A stretch of DNA of 45,277 nucleotides from a virus (taxonomy: Duplodnaviria > Caudoviricetes). How positions within the stretch are numbered: position 1 is the stretch's first letter; every line of letters begins with the position of its first letter. The stretch is taken from the IMG/VR virus record IMGVR_UViG_3300032216_000830, positions 1 through 45,277 of that record, one strand, 5' to 3'. A model generated the notes under the pieces. That model was given only the letters and a program-made list of their open reading frames with translations. It was not told the DNA's origin and did not search any database. This document shows positions 10,301 to 19,400 of the stretch, in pieces. The position numbers and the translations under genes are program-made.

Positions 10301-11576
10301 ATGAGTTCTTCCAATCATTAAACTTTTGTAAATCTCCTTCAATACCTTCAGGTATTTGAATCTTCATATCTTTAGCTATCTCAATAAACTTATCCTTATA
10401 CTCTGTACTTCTTTCAGTTGGACCATAATTAACAGCCATTATAATGTCATCTACATAGGGTATTTTTCTAGCTAATTCGAATTTTAAATTTTGCCTGCCT
10501 GCTCCTGCTTCGCCAAATGCTCCCTTAAGCTGATTCCACATATTACCATACCAAGTCCCCTGCTCGCCTTTCATAGTATAATACTTACCTGCGGCAGACT
10601 GCAACTGAGCGTCTTTAGTTTCTATGCTTGACCTCTTTTCTTCTAATATGGCGGCTTGATCTGATATAGTTTGCTTTTCAGCATTTGCTTGAGTATATTT
10701 TTGTTGCCAAGAAGCATCTCTTTGATTTTCAGGAACAGCATCTAGTTGACTAAAAGTATTGGTAAGCAATTCGTATTTCTGATTAAGAGCTATTCTTTCT
10801 TGAACCAAAGCATTTACATCTTTGCTTATTGCACTTACCGAATCTTTAATCTCTTTGTCTGTAGCTACTTTCATATTGGCTCCTGTCGCCTTTGTTTCAA
10901 AGTCAAGTTTAGAAGTAGGAGTTGATTTTTTAGATATAAAATTTTTTAATTTTTCTGACTCAGATTTATCTTTACCTGAAGTCCAATTATCTAAAGATAC
11001 TTCCATCTGAGTCCCATCAGGAGCAGTAACAGTCATAAAGTCGCCTGTCATTCCTGCTTCTTCAAATTTAAAACCTGAATCACCAAAATGATAATTCATT
11101 AATGGAACAGCTTTTTCTTCTGTTCCAGATATTAAATCAGGAGTGATTACATTTATTGATTTTGAGAAGTTTGGAATTTCTTTCTCAGTTAAAGGTTTTT
11201 GTATTTCTACAGGCTTAAACTCAAATGGCTTCCCTTGCCCCATAGGTAAGTCCTGAGGTTTAGGAAACTCGGTAGGCAAACCCAAAGAAGTAGCGTCCGA
11301 AGGTGATGCCGTAGTAACGGATTGTCCTTTTTTTTTAAACTCTTCAGTAGGTTGCTCGGTAGCAGGTTGCTCAATTGCAGGAGCAGGAGCTGTTTGTCCG
11401 CTATATTTTTGGAAGAATGAATCTTTGTCTTTGGTGTATAAGCCATCTCTAGAGACAACATCAAAAACTTTTTGTTTATACGCTTGGTCCCCCCATTGAG
11501 TTTGAAATTCTTCAAATGATTTTGTGTACTTTCCTTCTCTAATTAAGACATCGTATAATTTTTTTAATTCATCCAT
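4374..11576 (-). CDS. giant (2400 aa) internal virion / DNA-ejection protein
   Basis: Very long helical Lys/Glu-rich ORF with Gly/Ala hydrophobic stretches. It is the last of three genes after the tail module, as for podoviral ejected proteins. Confidence 0.6.
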   Translation of the reverse strand: MDELKKLYDVLIREGKYTKSFEEFQTQWGDQAYKQKVFDVVSRDGLYTKDKDSFFQKYSGQTAPAPAIEQPATEQPTEEFKKKGQSVTTASPSDATSLGLPTEFPKPQDLPMGQGKPFEFKPVEIQKPLTEKEIPNFSKSINVITPDLISGTEEKAVPLMNYHFGDSGFKFEEAGMTGDFMTVTAPDGTQMEVSLDNWTSGKDKSESEKLKNFISKKSTPTSKLDFETKATGANMKVATDKEIKDSVSAISKDVNALVQERIALNQKYELLTNTFSQLDAVPENQRDASWQQKYTQANAEKQTISDQAAILEEKRSSIETKDAQLQSAAGKYYTMKGEQGTWYGNMWNQLKGAFGEAGAGRQNLKFELARKIPYVDDIIMAVNYGPTERSTEYKDKFIEIAKDMKIQIPEGIEGDLQKFNDWKNSLAFGDVRRKEIEDKILNETIKSNKEGISETVIKGYSAMNDPNTTVEYTDLSKKGFWGGAISSLIGFAPAIIGTPINKAATMFAMSNENMQKEFNSNPAFKDVSETDKMIYALPFNLANSVLLEFGLNKMMANKSFVADLVNTSLKGVGAKATAAELKSVMKGEVNNFLARGGIATAKSALAGAELGAAMHVSDEAIREFYNNVSGKEMLRTPDSVGEFLRETGEAMASMAVGGAILGIPGSLHAAATETGYKGMSNEQFRLFESAANNTDLQTAFVTNLKNKVVSGEITTDQAKETLNNYRNSVGLFRSVPEGLDLDAKKEAMDLLKEKRDLENKIKDKDAALVKPQQERINKINEQLTKLSEDAIQKQKANEALLRAGEQRLGLQKVGEGNAQLEVTTGEETITPEGTQEVEKPTIDQMLQEINDGNTVTFTYTDESQVPEVFKDKISSRGETNGEPIIRVTVAKSLADYELSKSQKVPEVTAETKTALQQATEARKAAKERLKSLRQGLGINSNAKLEALVDYHQSLVKEAKEFIKQKAGDINEWAKSIGENINTVVKKAWDEASGLISPITKGEELGYTFDDAFGLDLESLPGYEEAMSKLQEDVDFASRKREYWDKRVEELTTKYEEYKASDKYKKGSARDNKYKTKIEEAKQEGKSSHEGNIENAIKKLQESEAYKNASDIQKEELIRDVRSKFELKEKKAPSPEKLLGEPEPKKVITTDKEIIKNRILDIAKGFKEGAKFTKEKARDARRKLEEYIDSVKDYGNLTRDDLNKLRKEARKVEDEASLDKAVDKINKIIDNAKTDIIEISEYKMLREMMLAIKEAKDNIKEKRKILDATIANIKKSGDVSARKVGTLIKKLGKVNLESDVEMEKVIEYAEKIFADAEYDNKLSKAESTRTSIRKLSRDALKAYNLTELGKYFAKIKPSMVENIDAYNEMAAKIKEAIKGSTLGKEELSEAEMIKVTEVMEYVDEMLQAQDEAMERERLATEEEIVGEDMSEMTEAEKEKLLKEKETIIKKNIKDRFNGYVQRIREALSTGIDPATGDSLEVSDAKKETVKKFMGMDTDLLSAKDALAAMDSLKNFLANGSTASMESIVSKYQYTRNAEMLADQGFHSKELQYAWVKSWGRVLGEQFMTIPILIERMFGGTASGNKLSKYSGFTELKNQKTFAQHLSTSVKNDYIKQFFKREANGKAFNTSENNIERGMLAAVKRTVIGTPEEQQAEFKRKKDLIDESIKELKIGTEEEKQLAKLYETVYDKILKDSNTITDVISKVDNVNLEAVNFWVKKWSDIYDQLADISESIYNKRLGKDIDYNPDVLKNLFNRGGSEEIGDEESLFHAGTRGVYERKTGVLEENQRVTNLPKNKMTDKVERYLDLSFDRNNTNAYYDALMDIYTSATVRGVKAFFSSEAFDKIVPYARDRAILYNSSSNAKDQGAIQRFIRTIRSKDIVNNDEASKMMRKLNSVSKIGTAAALAGGFQLFKQSVPVGTNTLINTGGKLDVMGSMFDKAKNDFLNRIGYGISIRGMESLANVESLNKMVEADKKSLVGKYFEGVENLNDKMLRLFLVSPDVFIARASWLSYYEKALEKQGIDPKTIDYSKDKVNKDAADYAQSMVDRQQNISDADLQGKWLGSKDTKEQVFNKLIMPFASFRINQTMRMLSDLSTLSKNSVATAEDKAIARRSLSGYLAEAVVFRSISGAASVALGNWTKSLLGQKESEEDKKKRKGFAIKTQVTGAITDLAPIPFLEYPLAVGVDEAINVIQKLAGVKEEDISHLFTGSRQDVYKTLGVFGILPKKIDGMIEAMELKTTGKFTDEYGRVKYISKKDKDALGKIVALSIVNTFATAPAEANAIINNSIKFAKKNASSKTPEQIQGKAKLLHGYDNVKDMKRYDPDLYDETFGKESSLYEAEEKVREQKKEERQKERERKDEEMDYTPKEKRKSWFEKRKSSLKDKTKKSSWFNTKKSE

Positions 11577-11596
11577 ATTTGTTGATTAATATATTT

Positions 11597-13465
11597 TTAA
11601 TCTAATTCTCCACTACCGCCGGGTTTTAATTCTCCGTATACTGATTTTGCTAATTTTTTATTTACATTAGAAGCCAAGTATGCTGCAATCTTTTGCTTAA
11701 TAGTATCAGGAGTGTCTTTATCATCTATCGTTATTTTTTCAGATAAAATAGGTTCACCAGCTGTGTCCACTTGCCCTGTTGATATTTGAATATAATCCGT
11801 TTTCCCTCCCATACCTAAACTATAGTCTCCCGTAAATGTATACCCTAAATTAGAGAACATAGTATTTAAATTTTCAGCAGTAGCACTTGCGTCATTTTTA
11901 ACAATAGTTTGGTCGGTAATTTTATTTAATGCATCTTGACCAATTTTCTTACCATAGTCTTGCGGAGTTCTAGATGCTGTAACTCCTATAAATTTTTGTT
12001 GTTCTGCAGTCATTAATGCATTTGGATTGCCTCCTCCTGACCTTTTCATTACCTGTTTGGTATCATCTACCCCGTGTATCTCAGTTCCTAATTCAGCCCA
12101 CTGACCCAATGTTGTTTTTGTTTTATCAAATTTAATTGTTCTTGGGTCTCTATCTTCATAAGATATTGTAACAGTTCCATCTCCAACATCTATTCCTGTC
12201 ATACCTAAACTTAAAGCTCTTTGAGTTCCTAGTAGATTATCAACAGCAACTCTTTTCGCCTCAGGTGTTCTTGCTGTAAATACTTGATTCCAAGCATTCA
12301 TTGCGGTGTCGGCTGCTTTCTTTTCATCAGCTCTTTTTGTTTTCCATTCAGCAGTTTGATCCTGCAATTGACCTGTTGTTTGTACCTTCTCCTCATACTT
12401 ATACTTAGGTCTAGTCATATTGCGAAAAAAGCCATTTGAATCTTCTTTTTGTTTATCGCTAAATATAAGTTCTCCTTGTTGAGTACTTGGATCTACCTTC
12501 TCGTATATAGCTTCAGGATTAGCTTTAGCATCTGCCTCATCGTGAGTTCTCCTATACATTTTATTTGTTCCGGGAACGAATTGCAAATGGTCTATAAGAA
12601 CAGACCCTCTTGCATACGAATTAGATAACGAGCTATTTATCCAATCATTCTCTGCATTCCAAAAATTAAATATTTCTTGCCTTTCTCCATTACTTAATTT
12701 TAACTCATCAGCTCTTCTAGTTATATCATCAACAGTAACAACTTTACCTTGTTTCCATAATCCTGCTGCGGCTGACATAGCAGCATCCGACTTTATATAT
12801 GTTCCCATTTTAGACGCCCAATCATCAGTTATTTTTTGAACATCTAATCTATCTTTTCTATTTTGTAATAAACCTTTGATGTAAGTTGGGCTAGCAAAGT
12901 TGTTAGGGTTTTCACTCATAGTATAAACCTCTTTACCGTCTACAATCTTCTTGTCTTTCATTGCAATATTTACAATGCCATTTGTTGGATTGATATAAAA
13001 ATCAGATTGACTCCAATTACCAAATCCTTCAACCTTAGCCCAATCGTCAACAGTCATCTTTGATATTGTATTATTCTTATACCCATCCATTACTTCTCCA
13101 TAATTCTTTTGATATTCAGTAAGTGCATCAAAAGACTGATTAATACTATCTTTTAGGTTCTGAGTATTTATAAGATAATCTTTAAGTTTTAATTTGCCTG
13201 ACTTAAGTAGTTTTAATTGTAGATTCTTATACTGAGTGGCATTGTCTGCAAGTTTAAGAGCAGCTGTCCTAGCATTTGCATCCTGCCCCTGAGGAGAGTT
13301 TGCTAGTGTCAACCCAATCTGTCTTGAATCCTCATCAATAGCTGCCTTCTTTTGTTCACGAATCTTACGTTCATTCTCGAACATATCACTCATATTCTTA
13401 CCTATCTCCGCCCAATTGACGTAATCGGTAGCATCCCTTTCTACATATTTATATCCTAATGGCAT
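11597..13465 (-). CDS. putative internal virion protein
   Basis: 622 aa; located between the small Ala/Gln-rich and giant virion genes. Confidence 0.55.
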   Translation of the reverse strand: MPLGYKYVERDATDYVNWAEIGKNMSDMFENERKIREQKKAAIDEDSRQIGLTLANSPQGQDANARTAALKLADNATQYKNLQLKLLKSGKLKLKDYLINTQNLKDSINQSFDALTEYQKNYGEVMDGYKNNTISKMTVDDWAKVEGFGNWSQSDFYINPTNGIVNIAMKDKKIVDGKEVYTMSENPNNFASPTYIKGLLQNRKDRLDVQKITDDWASKMGTYIKSDAAMSAAAGLWKQGKVVTVDDITRRADELKLSNGERQEIFNFWNAENDWINSSLSNSYARGSVLIDHLQFVPGTNKMYRRTHDEADAKANPEAIYEKVDPSTQQGELIFSDKQKEDSNGFFRNMTRPKYKYEEKVQTTGQLQDQTAEWKTKRADEKKAADTAMNAWNQVFTARTPEAKRVAVDNLLGTQRALSLGMTGIDVGDGTVTISYEDRDPRTIKFDKTKTTLGQWAELGTEIHGVDDTKQVMKRSGGGNPNALMTAEQQKFIGVTASRTPQDYGKKIGQDALNKITDQTIVKNDASATAENLNTMFSNLGYTFTGDYSLGMGGKTDYIQISTGQVDTAGEPILSEKITIDDKDTPDTIKQKIAAYLASNVNKKLAKSVYGELKPGGSGELD

Positions 13466-13470
13466 ATCTA

Positions 13471-14268
13471 TTAAAAGTTAAAATAATTATAATCTTGAGA
13501 CCACAATGGCATTTTAATTGGAGAGCCAAATTTTGTAGCATTGCTATATTCAAATGGATTAGTGCTAACCATTTGAGGTTTTTGTATTTGAGGCATTTGA
13601 TCAGGGCTTAACTTTAATTGTTGCTTTGTTCTAGCCATAGCCTCAGCACTAGGTGCCTGAGGTGCAGCTATATTTGTATTCCCTCCCTTTCCTGAATACA
13701 ATGGAGCAGACCCATATATATTCTGAGCTACTCCTTGAACTCCTTGCCATCCTTGTGCTGTAGCAGCTGCAGCCGCAGCTTGAGCATCAGCAGCCATTTG
13801 TTGCTGTCCTGCAACCTCATCCAAATTTATTTGAACACCAATATCACGAAGTCTGCTATCCTCTTGTGCTTTTAGCTTGTCAAGGTCAGACATCTCTTGT
13901 CCCATAGAAGACCTTATACCTGCTTGCATTTCATTCTGAGCCATCTGTACTCTTCCTGCCGTAGCACCTATACCTCTCTCTTGTTCCTGTGCTCCTTGTA
14001 TAGCCTGTGCCCCTTGAACCAAAGCAGCTTCTCTTTGCAACTCATAAGGCTCTTTATTGACTGCTAGTTTATTATAGTAATTAACCTCTAGTTGTCTTTT
14101 AGCCTCAGCCATTGCAATCTCCGCAGCTCTCTGAGCTTCCATCTGATTTCTCTTTTGTTCACTAGCTTGCTTAAAAGACATAACAGCACCAAGACCACTT
14201 GACACTATACTTCCTGCTCTGCTACCCATTTCTTTAAGCATATCAAATCCTGCTGTTTCTGCTCCCAT
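13471..14268 (-). CDS. putative internal virion (pilot/ejection) protein
   Basis: Ala/Gln/Gly-rich with an N-terminal GxxxG-like segment and coiled coil; position analogous to T7 gp14 / P22 gp7. Confidence 0.55.
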   Translation of the reverse strand: MGAETAGFDMLKEMGSRAGSIVSSGLGAVMSFKQASEQKRNQMEAQRAAEIAMAEAKRQLEVNYYNKLAVNKEPYELQREAALVQGAQAIQGAQEQERGIGATAGRVQMAQNEMQAGIRSSMGQEMSDLDKLKAQEDSRLRDIGVQINLDEVAGQQQMAADAQAAAAAATAQGWQGVQGVAQNIYGSAPLYSGKGGNTNIAAPQAPSAEAMARTKQQLKLSPDQMPQIQKPQMVSTNPFEYSNATKFGSPIKMPLWSQDYNYFNF

Positions 14269-14269
14269 A

Positions 14270-14686
14270 TTATAAAATTTTAATCATTTCAAATTTATAT
14301 GAAGTTGTTTTTGTATACCCATTTGATTCAAAAACACCTGCCAAATCATTTCCTTTAAAAATAGTATAAACATACTTACTCCCAAAATTTTTGCAAGTTT
14401 CTGTAAGAGATTCGATAAGTAAATTTATAGCGTATTTTCTATTTGGCTTCTTTCTGTACTGCTTATTTGATACAATCCAGTCTATCCAAGATATGCCTGA
14501 GTTTGTGACATAAACAAATCCTGCACAAACAGGAACATCTCCATCCATTATCATAAGACCACCCTTTCCATTTTCAGGTAAGAAATCTTTCTCAGGAGCC
14601 TTGCTCCATCCCCAATCTTTCCACCAACCGACAAGGATTCCTTGATAGTCAGTATCGTTTAATATTCTTACTTCTAATGAATCCAT
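14270..14686 (-). CDS. GNAT-fold protein (T7 gp13-like position)
   Basis: Pattern ...WIDWIVSNKQYR...LIESL...G.KYVYT...FESNGY; lies between tail and internal protein genes. Confidence 0.55.
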   Translation of the reverse strand: MDSLEVRILNDTDYQGILVGWWKDWGWSKAPEKDFLPENGKGGLMIMDGDVPVCAGFVYVTNSGISWIDWIVSNKQYRKKPNRKYAINLLIESLTETCKNFGSKYVYTIFKGNDLAGVFESNGYTKTTSYKFEMIKIL

Positions 14687-14693
14687 ATCACTA

Positions 14694-14701
14694 CAAAGAT
14701 A
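14694..14701 (-). promoter_or_regulatory. -7 promoter element TATCTTTG
   Basis: TAnnTTTG match just upstream of the 14686 start. Confidence 0.55.
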
Positions 14702-14707
14702 TTGAAT

Positions 14708-15505
14708 TTAAGGAAAACTTTTCATAACTTCAGAATTAACTGTAAACAACTCAATCTTGCTGCCTGAATAGTTTTGCATTGTAAATGTCATATAGTGACC
14801 AAGTACGCCGTGAGACTCCGCAACCGAATTTTTAATATACAAGAAGTAGTTGACATTGCTCGTTATTGGAACCGTGCCTACAGGGCTAGTGTCTATTATT
14901 ATTTGGTTTATGCCTGCAGGATAATTTACAATTACATTCTGAACTATACCTGCCCAATTAAGAGCAGCAGCATCAAAGTAGATATAATCACCTATACTTA
15001 TAATACCACCTATATCAATCAATGGATTTATAGAGAAGTTAACCGTGTTACCACCTGTAACTGTCAAACTATCACCAATTCCGTTTACGCTCCTTAAAGC
15101 CAACTGCCCTTGAGAGTTGTTTCTTATAAATGCAAAATATGATGCTTCTTTTTTCTCAAAGAAACTAGAGTCTACATATCCTGAATATTGAAGGTCTGTC
15201 TCTAACTGCATACTCCAACTATTATCTCCTTCTAGATTTATAGTCTTAAACAATTTATTTTCAAGTGGAGCAGTATTTATAACACTTTGTACTTGACTAG
15301 CAACAAATGCATTTTGAGGAAGATTTTGTCTATCCCACCAATCAAAATAAAAAGTATTTCTATTATCATTTACATTGTGCCTATAAAGATTACCTCCTTT
15401 AAAAGTATATAGATAGTTATTCATTCCTAATATATAATCAGGATTGTACGAGTAGAACGAAGGCCACCCTTCAACATTAGGACTATATGTTAGTGTATAT
15501 TGCAT
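14708..15505 (-). CDS. tail nozzle/stabilization protein, C-terminal part
   Basis: TLTYS...GWPSFYSY.P...FKTINLEG...FEKKE resembles the C-terminal blades of crAss-like/P22 gp10-type stabilization proteins. Confidence 0.55.
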   Translation of the reverse strand: MQYTLTYSPNVEGWPSFYSYNPDYILGMNNYLYTFKGGNLYRHNVNDNRNTFYFDWWDRQNLPQNAFVASQVQSVINTAPLENKLFKTINLEGDNSWSMQLETDLQYSGYVDSSFFEKKEASYFAFIRNNSQGQLALRSVNGIGDSLTVTGGNTVNFSINPLIDIGGIISIGDYIYFDAAALNWAGIVQNVIVNYPAGINQIIIDTSPVGTVPITSNVNYFLYIKNSVAESHGVLGHYMTFTMQNYSGSKIELFTVNSEVMKSFP

Positions 15506-15506
15506 A

Positions 15507-16445
15507 TTAACAAGTTTGTGATATTGATATTATAACTCCATTCTGCACCTCTATAGTGTCATTTGGAAGTATTAAAAAATTTGTTTTATACTTTCCATCT
15601 GCTAATTTATTTTGTCCAAAAGAATCAGTAAATACCCAATCGTATAATCCAAGAAATGGATTAGTTCCATTTACTGCAGCTACATAATAAGTTACATTGG
15701 TAGGTAACGCACATCTTATAGTGTCATCAGCCTCAGCCGTAGAGCCTGTAAATGAACGTAGACGCTGAGGACAATGAACAATTATACTTGCATAGTCATC
15801 AGGGTAACAAGCCAACAAAGTATCTACAATAAGAGTATTAAAAGAATTATTTAATTTTGGCACAACCATTATGCACTTATCAGGTGTAGATGGAGTTAGT
15901 ACTGTATATGCAGCATCTAAAGTAACATATATTGAATCGCCTGTATTATTCCAAGTAATCCCATCGTACTCATTTATTTCATATTCATTAGTATGACCAC
16001 TTCCATATTCACCACAATTACTTGCTGTAGCTCCTATATAAGTAAACGTTCCCGGAACTGAAGAAGCCAAGTATCCATAATTAACAGAGCTTAACTCATT
16101 ATAAGTATTTGTATTTAACGTAGCTTTTATACCATTAGGGATACTATTTGGATTAAATTCTATTATAATAGCTCCAATATCTGTAGGGTTTGTTCCCGTA
16201 TCAACACTTAAGCTATATATTGCTGTATCTTCACCTATAATAACCTCTCCTATTGGACTACAAGACGTTCCACAAAAAGGACAATCCTGCTGAGGGAGCA
16301 ATACGCAACCTACCTGCTCTCTTGTTATTACTCCATCCCCATAGAAACCATCAGCAGCGCAAATGCTTAATGCGGCATCATAAAACACCGCAGTAGCAGA
16401 GCCAAGTGAAGGAGCATTTAAATAGTATGTTTGTTGTATCGGCAT
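15507..16445 (-). CDS. Cys-rich beta-structured virion protein
   Basis: 312 aa, rich in Thr/Gly/Cys, within the tail module. Confidence 0.55.
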   Translation of the reverse strand: MPIQQTYYLNAPSLGSATAVFYDAALSICAADGFYGDGVITREQVGCVLLPQQDCPFCGTSCSPIGEVIIGEDTAIYSLSVDTGTNPTDIGAIIIEFNPNSIPNGIKATLNTNTYNELSSVNYGYLASSVPGTFTYIGATASNCGEYGSGHTNEYEINEYDGITWNNTGDSIYVTLDAAYTVLTPSTPDKCIMVVPKLNNSFNTLIVDTLLACYPDDYASIIVHCPQRLRSFTGSTAEADDTIRCALPTNVTYYVAAVNGTNPFLGLYDWVFTDSFGQNKLADGKYKTNFLILPNDTIEVQNGVIISISQTC

Positions 16446-16455
16446 ATTTTATTTT

Positions 16456-19400
16456 TTAACACGTTGTAGAATCAATACATCCATTGTAAGGCGTTATTGT
16501 ACAATCCCCTGCTCCTGTAATTACATTAGGATTAAACCCTGATTGAACGCATATATAATCTGTTTGACCTCCCCCCCAAGCTTGATTAACTTCTATTCCA
16601 TCGCAATTAATCCAAGCAATAAAAACACCAAACCCTGATGGGCTAGTAACGACTTTCCACTGAGTGCAACTATTGCTTTCGCAGCACTTACATTCATTTG
16701 TCATATAAAGATTACCTATTGACCCAATATCTATAGTTGGTGTCGTTCCAAATAAACAACAAAATTTAAAGTTTGTATTAGTCGCAATTTCTTGAGTCAC
16801 TTCAATACCTGTTGTGCAGTCCATATATTTAATCCTTGCCATTGAAGCAATTGCAGGATTGTAATATACATACGTAGTACAATTTGCACATTCTGTTGAC
16901 TCAATACGAGCTGTGCCCTGAGTGATATCATAATCAGTTCCAACCTGCAAACAAGTATTATATACTTCTCCGGGATTCAATGAGATTGTAAATGGTCCTC
17001 CATTACATTCGCCTCCTGTAGTTACACCAAAATCTATCTCTGTTGTTCCAACCGATAAGCTTGTAATAGTTACATTTACACATTCTGTGGTACAAGCACT
17101 GCAATTACAACATACTTCTTTTTGAGGATCAACCATAGCATTGCTATAACATAATTGCGTTGGAGTAGCATCTCTCATATCCCAAATCAAATACAACACA
17201 TCTCCCAACGTTTTGTTAGGGACAGTAAAGTTTGCTTGGTATATAGGAGAGCTTCCTGTTATTGGACTAGCTATGCTTGATAACCCTATAGCTGTCAGTA
17301 TACTTGCAGGTATGTTAGGATATAATACGTTTGTCCTTAAGTATCTAAACTTATCATTTAGTGGATTAAAATTAAAACTATCTGTTGGTATCTTATTAGT
17401 CTGCATTGACATTGTGCTAAACTCAGGAGGAAAAGCTCCTGCGCCAACATAACCTGTAGTTACATTATATCTTGATACCAATGGATTTGCAGTTCCGCTA
17501 ACAAATGTTACTAAATTAGATTGCAACCCGGATATATAAGTTCCATTTGTATATCTATATTGAGTATGTATATTTTGAGTTGCATCTGTATTATTTCCAA
17601 CTACTACCTCTACAATAGTTAACACCTCAGGAACAGGACATTCTGCAGTTATATTTAAAACCAAATCCCCACTAGATGGAGTTATTGTCACAATAGCAGT
17701 CTCGATAGATATTAAGTCTTTATAAAAAGTAATTTGTCCATCGTCTGGAGTAAGACCTGAGCTATATGTAGTTGTATTGTACTCTATAGATACGTCAAAT
17801 TCTGCACCTGTATTGCTAACAACAGTCCAAGAAACTGTAGTCTCTCCTACTATTGAGCCTAAATCAACGCAATATATAAGCGGCTCTACAATAGATACTG
17901 TTTGAGTGGTACCACAAGCTAAACATTGTGGATTAGTTGGGATAGGCACTTCATTTGTAGTCAATACATACTCATTCATATAAGGATCAAATCCTCCTAA
18001 TTTTTGAGTGCTGAATGAGTTATTGAACATATCTCTAAACCACGTTCTCATATTCTGCTCAGATATTACTTTTATCTGATCGTTAGAATAAGAGTCACCC
18101 ATCAATTGAAGTACAGCTCCACGTTTAACGTCAGTAAAGTATCTGCTTGCTCCCCAATGTACATAACTCTCAGGATTGAAACTAATACCATACTTCTCAG
18201 TACGAGCAATCTGTGTTCCTAGTACCTCAGGCACTGAAGAGATAGCTCCTCCACCTGTTGAGTCTGATAATAAGTTCTTCCCTGCCAACACATAAGATAT
18301 CTTATCTTCCTGTAAAACAAGAACATCAGTTTCTCTTCCATCCATTTTATATATTGGGCCAAATGATGTCTCTAGATTTTTATAATCTAAAAGACCTAAA
18401 TTAAACTCATTGAGTTTATTTACATTGGTCTCTGCATTATATATACCACTATATGTAATATCTGCAAATCTATCTGCCTTCTTGTATTCTTGCGCTGCAA
18501 CAACATTTACTCTTTCTCCTAAGTTGAAGCTTCTTCCAATTAAAGAGTCTCTTATCTTGTAGCTTTCTGCACCATTACCAAAACAAAAGCAATTAAAAAA
18601 TTCAGTATCCACAACTCCTGCTATACCACCTGCAATATCTTGGTCTGTTACATTGCCCATATGGTTTCCTAAATCATCAATAGAAAATGAGAGGTTGTTC
18701 TCATAGAACACATCAGGCAATGCATCATTAGGCTCTGTTTCAAATATAATAAGACCAACTGCTCTATATACCTCTATTCTAGCATCTACACAATAGGCTC
18801 TGCTATTAGGATATCCTGCACCTGTACAGCTAATACCTGTAGTTAAACCTAGCGTTAATTGATTATTAGTTGTATTTCTAAAAAACTGAAAATAACACGT
18901 ATCAAAGCTATCAGGACCAAATGCAAAGTCTGTCCTTAATACAGGTTTAAATGTAAGTGTTGTTACACCATCTAAACTATATCCTGTATTTAATGTCAAT
19001 GCAATATTATCTCCTATAAACCAATCATACATATTATCATAGTTTGCAGTAGATATATATGTTTTTGTAAGAACATAGCCTCTTCTTTCACAACTTCTTC
19101 CAACTCCTACGCGTTCAAACTTTATATCAAATATGACTCTACTGCCTGCAGGAATGCTATAATCTATATACATACCGGGATTATTAGGGTCATCAATATT
19201 TGCAGGATATTGAAGCCTATCAGAAAAGCCTCCCTTAGGGGCACATACAGACCTCCACCCATAATCTACATATGAATTTGCAACAGAGTCTACAGAAAAA
19301 CTATTTGCTTTTATTTTCATATATACACCTGCAGGAATATTTTGCCCTGCAATTGTAGGATTTGTTATAAAACCCGAAGCCTTAGCATCTTTTTCAAGAA

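Noticed and set aside
4403-11010. + strand ORFs antisense to the giant gene, and similar ones opposite portal, terL, fibre and groEL
   Set aside because: Shadow ORFs with Phe/Ser/Leu-rich composition that mirrors the real genes' codons.
4374-11576. crAss-type virion RNA polymerase
   Set aside because: No catalytic DxDxD motif was recognised in the translation.
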